NCBI GenBank assembly: GCA_004284765.1
Contig: NQJD01000017.1
Location: forward strand, 17,472-49,471
DNA length: 32,000 nucleotides
Source of the DNA: Candidatus Electronema aureum
GTDB lineage: Bacteria > Desulfobacterota > Desulfobulbia > Desulfobulbales > Desulfobulbaceae
Direction of reading: 5' to 3'
The notes under the pieces were generated by a model. That model was not told the origin of the DNA. It saw only the letters and a list, made by a program, of their open reading frames with translations, and searched no databases. This document shows, in pieces, positions 24,758 to 32,000 of this stretch (positions are counted from its first letter, which is position 1; every line of letters begins with the position of its first letter). Both the position numbers and the translations under genes were made by a program.

Positions 24758-25513
24758 ATGCCTGATTTAGCCGCCACCTGCGTCATTGGCGACATTCACG
24801 GATGCAGCCAAGCTCTGGCCGAGCTGCTGGCGCTGGTCGAAGACCGATCAGAGTCGTTTGTCTTTCTCGGTGACTATATCGACCGAGGCCCTGATTCCAA
24901 GGGTGTGATCGACCTGATCTTAGCTTTTCGCAAAAAGCATCCGCAGACCATCGTCCTGATGGGCAATCACGAGATGATGCTGCTCGATTACCTTCAGGGG
25001 CATGACGAGAATTTCTTTCTTAATGCGGGCGGCGCAGAGACCTTAGTCAGCTACGGTCTCTCCCCGGATGCGACCCCAGAGTCAGTGCAGGCGCAGCTGC
25101 CGCCAGAACATTTGACCTTTTTCAACAACCTGCCGATTCTCTGGGAAGACCAGCACGGCATTTACGTCCATGCTGGTTTAGAGCCGGGTGTGCATCTTAG
25201 CCGTCAGGTTGCCGCGTGTTGCCTCTGGATCAGAGATGATTTTATCCGCAGTCAGCATCGTTTCGAGAAACCGGTGATCTTTGGCCACACGGTCTTCAAG
25301 AAGCCGCTGGTGCAGCGCAACAAGATCGGCATCGACACCGGCGCGGTCTATGGCGGGCGATTGACCGCTCTGCTCCTGCCACAGAAAGAATTTGTCTCTG
25401 TGGCAGTGGAGCGGAAATCAGATTTGCCAGAATTCCTTGGTGATCAAGAGGGCTTGTTCCAAGGACGGGCAATCGGCTTGACTGTGAGCAAGCTGCTCCG
25501 CCTTTTCCGTTGA
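24758..25513 (+). CDS. Metallophosphoesterase, PPP-family Ser/Thr phosphatase (PrpA/ApaH-like)
   Basis: Motifs GDIHGC, GDYIDRGPDS, GNHE and GIDTGAVYGGRLTAL are present. The last roughly 35 codons are non-conserved and overlap the convergent deacetylase gene. Confidence 0.75.
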   Translation: MPDLAATCVIGDIHGCSQALAELLALVEDRSESFVFLGDYIDRGPDSKGVIDLILAFRKKHPQTIVLMGNHEMMLLDYLQGHDENFFLNAGGAETLVSYGLSPDATPESVQAQLPPEHLTFFNNLPILWEDQHGIYVHAGLEPGVHLSRQVAACCLWIRDDFIRSQHRFEKPVIFGHTVFKKPLVQRNKIGIDTGAVYGGRLTALLLPQKEFVSVAVERKSDLPEFLGDQEGLFQGRAIGLTVSKLLRLFR

Positions 25514-26482
25514 GAGATTAACCGGCCAGTCGCAGTCAATGGGTTGGCCGGAAAGCTCTGCCAGTACCGCTAGCGAGCCGTCGCGCATTGAGTCCAGATT
25601 GTAGCCGCCTTCCAGCGTCACTAACAACCTGCCGCCAGAGACTTCCTCTGCCACTTCGACCATTTTGCGGGTCATGTAGGCGATGCCCTCCGGTGTTACT
25701 CGCATATCACCGAGCGGATCGCCTTTGCAGATGTCAAAGCCGCAGGAGATCAGAATCAGCTCTGGCTGGTACTGCCGCGCCACTGGAACAATCAGCTCGT
25801 TGAAAATACGGGCATATTCAAAATCACCCTGACCGCCGGGTAGTGGGACATTGACCGTATAGCCCTCGCCTTTGTCTGTGCCGTTCTCCAGCGCGCTGCC
25901 GGTGCCGGGGTAATAAGGATATTTGTGGACAGACAGATACAGCACTTCGTTCATCTCGTGAAAGCTCTCTTGGGTGCCGTTGCCGTGGTGCAAATCCCAG
26001 TCAATAATCATGATCCGCTGGAGGCCCAGTTCTTGCATAGCCCAACGAGCCGCTACCGCCACATTGTTGTAAAGGCAGAAGCCCATCGCGTTTTCCCGTT
26101 CCGCATGATGACCAGGAGGACGCACCAAGCAAAAGGCGTTGTCGATCTCGCGCCGGACAATGCTGGCAATGCCGTCTGTCAGCGCACCAACAGCCAAGCA
26201 AGCTGCCTCGTTTGAGCGGGGTGAGGTGTGCGTATCAGGATCAAGAGCCATCAGCGCGTGGCCTTGAGTGGCCGTTACTCGCCGCACTAAGTCTTCGGAG
26301 TGATTGAGCTGAAGTGTCTCCGCAGAAACCGGCCTGAACTGCGGATAGACAAAACGGCTGCCGATATTCTCCTTGTCCAGCGCGTCATAGATTACCCGCA
26401 GTCGGTCAGGCGATTCAGGATGCCCGTAGCCCGGCTGGTGCTGCAAAAAAAGATCATCCTTGTATATTGCTGTCCTACGCAT
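25418..26482 (-). CDS. Histone deacetylase family protein (acetoin utilisation/acetylpolyamine amidohydrolase-like)
   Basis: Motifs GHPESPDRL, RPPGHHA, DWDLHHGNGTQ and EGGY are present. The start is moved to ATG 26482 (MRRTAIY), which has an AGGAGA SD. Confidence 0.8.
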   Translation of the reverse strand: MRRTAIYKDDLFLQHQPGYGHPESPDRLRVIYDALDKENIGSRFVYPQFRPVSAETLQLNHSEDLVRRVTATQGHALMALDPDTHTSPRSNEAACLAVGALTDGIASIVRREIDNAFCLVRPPGHHAERENAMGFCLYNNVAVAARWAMQELGLQRIMIIDWDLHHGNGTQESFHEMNEVLYLSVHKYPYYPGTGSALENGTDKGEGYTVNVPLPGGQGDFEYARIFNELIVPVARQYQPELILISCGFDICKGDPLGDMRVTPEGIAYMTRKMVEVAEEVSGGRLLVTLEGGYNLDSMRDGSLAVLAELSGQPIDCDWPVNLSTEKAEQLAHSQADCPSLEQALLITKEFWQI

Positions 26483-27086
26483 TGCGAATTCTCCTGCAAT
26501 CATATAGTTGCTCTTCCGTGATTATCATATCCATGCGCTGATCATGGGCTTCTGTCGGCACTTCTTCCACCAATTGCAGCTCATAGGCTAACCCTATTTT
26601 GTACGCTTGCGGTGCGTTTTGAGCAAGAAAGCGATCATAGAAACCACCGCCATAACCGAGCCGTCCGCCGTACCGATCAAACACCGAGCCAGGAACAAGG
26701 GCTATGTCAATGGTGGCTGGATCAAGAACTGCCTGTGTTTTCTGCTCTTGAGTCGGCTCCAAAATACCGAAGCAGCCCGGCTTCAGTTGGCTTACTGGAT
26801 CGGTGATGCCCACGGCCAGCAGCCGAGATTCCTTGCGCAGCGTAAGCGGCACTGAGATCGTTTTTCCAACAGCAAGAAAATGCTCAATGAGCGGCAAGGT
26901 TTCCACCTCGCTGCGAAAATGGACGTACATGAACAGATGCTGCGCCGCTGTTAGCAAGCGATGCTCTGTCAGCTGGACCAAAATACGACGGCTTTTTTCA
27001 CAGCGACTGGCTGGGTCAAGCTGGTCGCGGGCAGCAAGTTTTGCTTGGCGAAGGACTGTTCTGGCTGAGGCATTCATGTTTGGCAT
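26475..27086 (-). CDS. ygfA: 5-formyltetrahydrofolate cyclo-ligase
   Basis: PGSVFDRYGGRLGYGGGFYDRFL is present. The length is about 200 aa from ATG 27086. There is an 8-nt overlap with the downstream deacetylase start. Confidence 0.75.
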   Translation of the reverse strand: MPNMNASARTVLRQAKLAARDQLDPASRCEKSRRILVQLTEHRLLTAAQHLFMYVHFRSEVETLPLIEHFLAVGKTISVPLTLRKESRLLAVGITDPVSQLKPGCFGILEPTQEQKTQAVLDPATIDIALVPGSVFDRYGGRLGYGGGFYDRFLAQNAPQAYKIGLAYELQLVEEVPTEAHDQRMDMIITEEQLYDCRRIRNA

Positions 27087-27130
27087 CTTGCCCTTGAATA
27101 AAAAAAATCGCAAGCCCCAAAGTAAGGATT

Positions 27131-28210
27131 CTACCGGCCTTTCAAGTGACACAGCGCATCATGGAAATACGGCCTGAACTGCCGAATTTTCGTGTTTTCC
27201 CGACTCGGATGCACTCGGTTGGTCAACAGCACCACAATCAGCTCTTTTTCTGGATCGATCCAGAACGAAGTGCCAGTGAAGCCGAGATGACCGATGCTGG
27301 TTGCGGAGAAATACCGCCCGCTGCTGGAGGCTCCGGCACTTGGCGTATCAAAGCCAAGGCACCACGTTTGCTCAGGAAGCTGACGCTGTAAACCTTGCGA
27401 TAAATATTCCGACCAAGAGCAGCCGATATCTCTGCCTTGCCAGCCGTCTAAAATCGCCCCGCAAAACCGCAAGACCCCTGCTGCTGTGCCAAACAAGCCC
27501 GCATGACCAGCCACGCCGTGCAGCAGCCAGCAATGCTCATCATGCACCTCGCCTTTGATTATCCTGCCTCGCCATGAACACGACTCAGTGGCTGCGCACC
27601 GCGCTTGCTCCTTCGCATCAGGAAGATAGAACAGTTCCTTTTCTAACCCCAGCGGAGCGGTAATCCGCTCGCGGAAATTGGCCACCAAATTCTTGCCAGT
27701 CAGCTCTTCAGCCAGATGACCGAGCAGAATAAAGCCAAGGTCGCTATACACGCAGCGACTGGCCGAGGGATAGACCAGCGGTTCATCAAAAATAAGACGA
27801 AGCAGCCGGGCCTTGTTCTCTTGGCTCTGCACTGGCGCGAAATCTCGAAACCAAGGCTGATATGCAGCAAAGCCAGAGGAATGGGAGAGCAGGCTGCGCA
27901 GCGTTATCTGCTTTTTATCAGACGGGACAGCTTCTTGCAAGAGATCGGCAAGGGTAGCATCAGGCTGAATCTTGTTTTCCGCAAAGAGGCTGTAATAAAT
28001 CAGGGTGGTTGACAGTGCCTTACTCAATGAGGCAAGATCGAATAAGGTGTCAGCAGTAATTGCCGATAGGTCGCGGCTGTCCTTGTTGCCTACGGCAGCT
28101 AACCAAATTTTGCGGTCTGCGCCGCTGCCGCAGGACACCGCTGCTGTTGCTCCGGGAAAGACCTGCTCCTTGATGCCCCGCTCCAAGAGCTGCTTGAGAA
28201 TGTTTTCCAT
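27131..28210 (-). CDS. Serine hydrolase of the beta-lactamase (class C/esterase) fold
   Basis: SxxK motif in FDLASLSKALSTTL, plus YSD, HAGLFG and HLGFTGTSFW. The start is chosen at ATG 28210 (MENILKQLLERG...FPGATAAV) rather than the TTG at 28285. Confidence 0.75.
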   Translation of the reverse strand: MENILKQLLERGIKEQVFPGATAAVSCGSGADRKIWLAAVGNKDSRDLSAITADTLFDLASLSKALSTTLIYYSLFAENKIQPDATLADLLQEAVPSDKKQITLRSLLSHSSGFAAYQPWFRDFAPVQSQENKARLLRLIFDEPLVYPSASRCVYSDLGFILLGHLAEELTGKNLVANFRERITAPLGLEKELFYLPDAKEQARCAATESCSWRGRIIKGEVHDEHCWLLHGVAGHAGLFGTAAGVLRFCGAILDGWQGRDIGCSWSEYLSQGLQRQLPEQTWCLGFDTPSAGASSSGRYFSATSIGHLGFTGTSFWIDPEKELIVVLLTNRVHPSRENTKIRQFRPYFHDALCHLKGR

Positions 28211-28217
28211 AGCCGAG

Positions 28218-28350
28218 TGTTGAAAACTCTGTTGATAACCTGTTAGTAAAATGTTGATAACTTTTGTTTCCCCAATACTGAACAAGTTGTCAAGAAAGTT
28301 ATCAACACTAAAACTCGTTAATAATCAACGAGTTCTGCTACTTTTCAACA
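28218..28350. promoter_or_regulatory. Cluster of DnaA-box-like 9-mers TT(A/T)TCAACA in convergent orientation
   Basis: TGTTGAAAA at 28218-28226, and TGTTGATAA at 28230-28238 and 28252-28260. On the other strand, TTATCAACA at 28299-28307 and TTTTCAACA at 28342-28350. Partial copies lie at 28322-28330 and 28419-28427. Confidence 0.35.
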
Positions 28351-28442
28351 AATTAACAAGCCTAATAATAACAAAAGAAGTTTATATATAAACAATCTTG
28401 CTATAGAAGAAGAAAGCTTGTTCAAAACAGTGAGCGCGCAGT

Positions 28443-28485
28443 CCGAAAACGAAAAGGCCCATGATCAGTACGATCACGGGCCTTT
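28443..28485 (-). terminator. Rho-independent terminator of the tusA-dsrEFH-like operon
   Basis: On the minus strand, GGCCCGTGATC-GTACT-GATCATGGGCC (one mismatch) is followed by TTTTCGTTTTCGG. Confidence 0.7.
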
Positions 28486-28519
28486 GTTCAGCTCTTGCGC
28501 TTGCGGTACAGAACAGCGG

Positions 28520-28693
28520 CTACCACCAGCAAACGGTTTTGTCTGCTGCGAATATCTTGCTGACTAACTCGTCGTAGTTGGGATTCTCACCGTAGAGTTT
28601 GAACTCATCGGCTTCACGGTCACGGTTGAGGATGTCAACCAAGGTTTTCACATCGTCGTTCGGCTCAGAACGATACACCTGGAGCATTTTCAT
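28520..28693 (-). CDS. Small DsrH/TusB-like protein (57 aa), absent from the supplied ORF track
   Basis: Hand translation gives MKMLQVYRSEPNDDVKTLVDILNRDREADEFKLYGENPNYDELVSKIFAADKTVCWW*. A GAGGAGG SD is present, 15 nt after the upstream stop. The C-terminus resembles the DsrH/TusB end (Y-x-x-F/L-V-x-L-x-x-x-x-D-K-V-x-x-W). Confidence 0.5.
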   Translation of the reverse strand: MKMLQVYRSEPNDDVKTLVDILNRDREADEFKLYGENPNYDELVSKIFAADKTVCWW

Positions 28694-28708
28694 GTGTTCC
28701 TCCTCGTC

Positions 28709-29056
28709 TTATTCCGCGCAGGCAGGCGGCGGCGTGTTGGTCTGTTTCAGCAGGCCGTAGGGGATGATGACATCAGCATCACGCATCCGCTCGCCCAGTT
28801 CTTGCAGGTTGATTTCGGTGAGCGATACCTCTTCTGGCAGATTGTCAGGCGCAGGCGCACCGCAAGTGAAAACTTCGCCTTCCATGTCCCCTATCCAGGC
28901 GATGTTCTCGGCCATATAGGTAGAGAACTTGGGGAACTCACCGTTCATAATCACCGGATAGCCGTAATGGTTCTCCACAGCCAGTCCCAGTGCTGAACGG
29001 ATGCCGTCGTTGTACGTGCGGTTGGCGATGAGGATATATACTTTCAACGATTCCAT
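28709..29056 (-). CDS. DsrE/DsrF/TusC-like family protein (DsrF-like position)
   Basis: 115 aa with the DsrE-fold pattern (KVYILIAN...GIRSALGLA...; C-terminal LGERMRDADVIIPYG). An AAGGAG SD is present. Confidence 0.5.
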   Translation of the reverse strand: MESLKVYILIANRTYNDGIRSALGLAVENHYGYPVIMNGEFPKFSTYMAENIAWIGDMEGEVFTCGAPAPDNLPEEVSLTEINLQELGERMRDADVIIPYGLLKQTNTPPPACAE

Positions 29057-29066
29057 GGCAGGCTCC

Positions 29067-29399
29067 TTATAAAACGATGTACTTGCCGCATTCGTCCAGC
29101 AGCGCGCCGTGGAATGCCTGAGTTCTCATCTGCTTGGCAGTCAGACCGGCAGGAATGTCCTTGGCCGAGTCATAACCTTCGCAGGTATAGCTGTCTGCGC
29201 AGATGGCAATATCTTCCTCACCGCACAGTTCAGCCAGTGGCTTGAAACGGGCATCCTTAGTCAGATGAACAGACTTATAGGTGAAGAATACCATCGGCTT
29301 CTTACCTGCGCGTACCGCAGCTTCAGCAATCCCCACCACATGCGTCATGTTCTGGGGAGAGGTCACAAAAATAGCTAATTTATTCGGATCAGCAGCCAT
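29067..29399 (-). CDS. DsrE/TusD-like sulfur relay protein
   Basis: The start is moved to ATG 29399 (MAADPNKLAIFVTS), which has an AAGGAGG SD. A conserved Cys context DIAICADSYTCEGY is present. The length is 110 aa. Confidence 0.6.
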   Translation of the reverse strand: MAADPNKLAIFVTSPQNMTHVVGIAEAAVRAGKKPMVFFTYKSVHLTKDARFKPLAELCGEEDIAICADSYTCEGYDSAKDIPAGLTAKQMRTQAFHGALLDECGKYIVL

Positions 29400-29452
29400 T
29401 GGGCTTGTCCTCCTTGGCGGTAGTTGTGAATGAGTCACAGATTAGGCGAAAA

Positions 29453-29710
29453 TCAGCCCTTCTGAACAAAAAAGCTTATGTAACCAGTCTGCTCTTTCTC
29501 ACCCAGATACTCATGGCCAGAGCGAGAACACCAGCCAGGAATGTCGTTGCGTGAACCAGGATCAGTGCCGTCGATCTGGAGAATTTCCCCGGTCTTGATC
29601 TTGCCGATTTCTTTCTTAGTGCGCAGCAGCGGCATGGGGCAGCTCAGGCCCTTTGCATCCAGCACTGCTATCGGGGTCAGTCCATCAGGTGCGGTCTTCA
29701 CGTCACTCAT
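29453..29710 (-). CDS. tusA: TusA-family sulfurtransferase
   Basis: LDAKGLSCPMPLLRTKKEI carries the CPxP active-site motif. The start is moved to ATG 29710, which has an AGGAGA SD. Confidence 0.8.
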   Translation of the reverse strand: MSDVKTAPDGLTPIAVLDAKGLSCPMPLLRTKKEIGKIKTGEILQIDGTDPGSRNDIPGWCSRSGHEYLGEKEQTGYISFFVQKG

Positions 29711-30110
29711 TTTGATCTCCTGTGTTTGAAACAATGAAAAGAGAGTAATAAAAAATACTACAGGCTGAACTGCCTCTGATCAGGCTATTTCTCAGCACTT
29801 ATAACTCAACAAGGTTTGTTCTCTATAACGAATAGCGTCCCTTCTGTCAAGCTATAATGCAGGGTAAATTGCAGGCTACTTCGATTCAATTCTTTGAAAT
29901 CAAGGAAGAAAAGAAAAATCAACCGTGCTGTAGCTCAGAGCAGATACGCGGTCAGGCTGCAAAAAAACTGTACAAGCGGTCTGATAAATTCTACAATAGG
30001 AAGCCAATTCAGCCTATGGCTGCACCTTTTATGCGCAAATTGAAAAAACAAACCGGGCGAACAGCAGGCTACGGTTCTCAAAAATATTTTAATGAAGAGG
30101 AGGAACACCA

Positions 30111-31328
30111 ATGAGCGAGGCAAGTTTCTTAGGCAAAATCAGAAGCCTGTACAAGCAGGTCTGCGAGACCGAATGGGAGGCCAACATCACCGGGGTGATC
30201 ATTGCCCTGCTCAGTATCCTGATGATGGTCTGGTGGAGGCCTTGGGGCGCAGTGGGCGCGATCCGCAACTGGGGTGATTGGATTCTGTACGGACTGCATC
30301 TGTACGGCGAGGCACCTAAATCGCCGCTGGTTGATTCCGGCTCAGTGATAGGCATAGGCTTTCTCGGCGGTGCCTTTCTTTCGGCCTTTGTCGGTGGCCA
30401 ATTTGCCTTCCGTTTTCCCCCGTACCGCGAGGCGGTCAAAGGAGCCATCGCAGGCGTTCTAATGGGTGTTGGTTCAACCTTAGCTGGTGGCTGTAATGTC
30501 GGCGGCATGTACAACGCCCTCGGCAACTTGGCAGCCAACGGCTTCAGTATGTGGCTGGGCATCGTGGCTGGAGTTATCCTCGGCCTCTGGTTGCTCTACA
30601 AAGAAATGGAGCATATTTCTTGGGGATCAAACGGCGCGTGGACTGTTGAGCTGCCGCGTATCGTGCAAACCCTGCTTGGCTTGGCAACACTGGTTGCCCT
30701 GATTGCCGGAGCGCGTTGGTATAGTGGCTACGGTGGGGAGGGCGATGTGAAGTACATCGCTTCACTGTCCGGTGTGCTGTTGCTTGCCGCTGGTCTTGGC
30801 TATTCCATGCACCGAGGCCGCTGGTGCATGATCCAAGGCTTCCGTGAGCCGCACATGACCGGCGACTGCACCTTGGCTAAATCGGTGGCCTTGTCGATCT
30901 TTATCCTCGCTATTGGCGGCGCGGTGGTCAAGTATGCTGTGCCGATGCGCTTTGAGGGCGCACCGCTGCTGGACCCGGCCTATTATGTCCGTGGCACGTT
31001 CGGCTGGGGCGGCGTGGTTGGCGGCTTCCTCTTTGGCTTAGGTGGAATGCTGGCGGGTGGCTGCGGTTCCGGTACTCTTTGGCGCGTTGGTGAAGGCCAG
31101 CTCAAGCTCTGGATTGTCGTCCCGTTCTTTGGTATTGCCAATTCATTGATGGACAAATTGTTCAAAGCCTATGAGTTTGAAAAAAATGGCTACTTGGGTC
31201 GTAAGATATTCATGCCTGAAGTAATGGGCTACGGCTCGACGTTGGGCATAATCGCCTTTATGATGGCTCTGTGGTATGTGGTTGTCACGTGGAATGAAGA
31301 TAGCAACAAGCTGATCGTACCGATGTGA
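30111..31328 (+). CDS. yeeE: YeeE/YedE family sulfur-compound (thiosulfate-type) transporter
   Basis: Polytopic membrane protein with the repeated GGC motifs typical of YeeE/YedE (LAGGCNVGG, LAGGCGSGTLW). A GAGGAGG SD is present. Confidence 0.75.
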   Translation: MSEASFLGKIRSLYKQVCETEWEANITGVIIALLSILMMVWWRPWGAVGAIRNWGDWILYGLHLYGEAPKSPLVDSGSVIGIGFLGGAFLSAFVGGQFAFRFPPYREAVKGAIAGVLMGVGSTLAGGCNVGGMYNALGNLAANGFSMWLGIVAGVILGLWLLYKEMEHISWGSNGAWTVELPRIVQTLLGLATLVALIAGARWYSGYGGEGDVKYIASLSGVLLLAAGLGYSMHRGRWCMIQGFREPHMTGDCTLAKSVALSIFILAIGGAVVKYAVPMRFEGAPLLDPAYYVRGTFGWGGVVGGFLFGLGGMLAGGCGSGTLWRVGEGQLKLWIVVPFFGIANSLMDKLFKAYEFEKNGYLGRKIFMPEVMGYGSTLGIIAFMMALWYVVVTWNEDSNKLIVPM

Positions 31329-31360
31329 TCGTACATCAACGACACGATCGGTGAGATATC

Positions 31361-31398
31361 AATCGCAGTGTCCTTGTTTGGGCATTGCGATTTTTTAT
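31361..31398 (+). terminator. Rho-independent terminator after yeeE
   Basis: Stem AATCGCA (31361-31367) / TGCGATT (31386-31392), followed by TTTTTTATT. The 18-nt loop is long. Confidence 0.5.
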
Positions 31399-31459
31399 TG
31401 CAAAGAAGCTCAGTGCCCACCCTTGTAAAAAATGGTAAGGGCGAAAGATACAATCAAGG

Positions 31460-31720
31460 ATGAATACAATGAGCAATGAGATTGAAACAGTGATGATTAA
31501 AGACAGCTATATCGAGCTGTGTAGCCTTTTGAAATTGGAGAGCATGGCTGACAGTGGTGGTGAGGCCAAGCAAATGATTAGCGAGGGGTTAGTGCGCGTC
31601 AACGGGGAAGTAGAAACAAGAAAGCGCAAAAAAATCTGCACTGATGACGTGGTTGAATGTAAGGGCAAGCACGTGCGGGTAGTCAATGCGGTGCCTTCCA
31701 AGGTGAATGACATGAAGTAA
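31460..31720 (+). CDS. ybcJ: S4-like RNA-binding protein YbcJ
   Basis: IELCSLLKLESMADSGGEAKQMISEGLVRVNGEVETRKRKKI matches the YbcJ/S4 pattern. The alternative start ATG 31469 has better AAGGA spacing. Confidence 0.75.
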   Translation: MNTMSNEIETVMIKDSYIELCSLLKLESMADSGGEAKQMISEGLVRVNGEVETRKRKKICTDDVVECKGKHVRVVNAVPSKVNDMK

Positions 31721-31813
31721 ACCTAATGTGCAACTCTTAAAAAAGATGCCCGATCCATTGGGCGCATCCTGTAGAATAGTGGTATCTAAGCCCTATTCAC
31801 AAGGAGTGCGCCA

Positions 31814-32000
31814 ATGGATCGAGACGATTTTGTTATTGCTGTCTTTCTGCTTGTCTGTGAACAATACGGTGTCATCAGGCAGCAATGTCGGCTGCGGCGG
31901 GGCGGATTTAACCCTGCCTTAACAGATGAAGAAGTCATCACTATGGAAATCTGCGGCGAGTATTTCAAACTCGAATGTGATAAGGACATCTTCGCATACT
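31814..32000 (+). CDS. Probable DDE transposase, N-terminal fragment running off the window (IS982/IS4-like N-terminal pattern; family not determined)
   Basis: Hand translation gives MDRDDFVIAVFLLVCEQYGVIRQQCRLRRGGFNPALTDEEVITMEICGEYFKLECDKDIFAY... This follows the pattern hydrophobic-DDF ... basic RRGG ... L(T/S)D(E/S)E(V/I)IT... seen at the N-termini of several IS transposases. An AAGGAG SD is present. The ORF is absent from the supplied track and is cut off by the window edge before any stop. Confidence 0.35.
   Translation, partial: MDRDDFVIAVFLLVCEQYGVIRQQCRLRRGGFNPALTDEEVITMEICGEYFKLECDKDIFAY

Noticed and set aside
28211-28285. N-terminal extension of the serine hydrolase from the TTG at 28285 (MFSIGETKVINILLTGYQQSFQHSA).
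   Set aside because: The extension is not signal-peptide-like, is not part of the conserved fold and is built from the repeated TGTTGATAAC motifs. ATG 28210 gives the typical family N-terminus.
29925-29975. tRNA-like fragment GTAGCTCAGAGCAG.
   Set aside because: Only the TAGCTCAG D-loop-like octamer is present. There is no GG, no acceptor stem, no anticodon stem and no T-loop (GTTCGAATC-type) nearby.
29857-30114. 85-aa Lys-rich ORF in the tusA-yeeE intergenic region whose stop overlaps the yeeE ATG (ATGA).
   Set aside because: It has no SD, and its ATG is embedded in a TATAAT-like box. Its composition simply mirrors AT-rich DNA, and it has no recognisable motif. It is most likely non-coding leader or promoter DNA.

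Overview
About 32 kb of chromosome from a moderately GC-rich bacterium. Hand counts on sample 60-nt lines give about 55-60% G+C in core genes. The gene content suggests an anaerobe, but taxonomy is only an inference. No rRNA, tRNA or CRISPR array was found.

The backbone is housekeeping:
- an rpoD-like sigma factor, 5' partial at the window edge
- a futalosine-pathway menaquinone cluster (mqnE-like, TM2-domain gene, mqnC-like, amidohydrolase)
- a DUF318-type permease
- tatB-like and tatC, asnB, gatA, yajC, adk, hom
- a tRNA-type N6-adenine methyltransferase, a PPP phosphatase, an HDAC-family deacetylase and 5-formyl-THF cyclo-ligase
- a beta-lactamase-fold serine hydrolase
- a sulfur-relay cluster (tusA plus compact dsrE/F/H-like genes, divergent yeeE) and ybcJ

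Observations that stand out:
1. The adk-to-yajC interval is a variable hotspot.
   - A 699-bp toxin-antitoxin-like module is bracketed by two 78-nt copies of the adk 3' end plus a hairpin.
   - Next comes an AT-rich, roughly 1.65 kb two-gene cassette of unknown function that truncates a DUF4160 gene. This is the best candidate for an undescribed accessory or defence system.
   - An orphaned DUF2442 gene follows.
2. The ThiC-family gene is preceded by a cobalamin-type riboswitch rather than a TPP riboswitch, which suggests a BzaF-type 5-hydroxybenzimidazole synthase.
3. Six phased 23-bp CAC-N4-GTG repeats abut the promoter of an operon encoding an HU-HIG/DUF4469-like DNA-binding protein translationally coupled to a membrane M48 metalloprotease.
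4. A secreted 7-repeat protein carries a perfect 147-bp tandem duplication.
5. An AT-rich intergenic region holds five or six DnaA-box-like 9-mers.
6. An unlisted 57-codon DsrH-like ORF completes the tusA operon.
7. A transposase-like ORF runs off the right edge.

All coordinates, repeats and structures were derived by hand from the sequence. All family assignments are from motif recognition, not searches.
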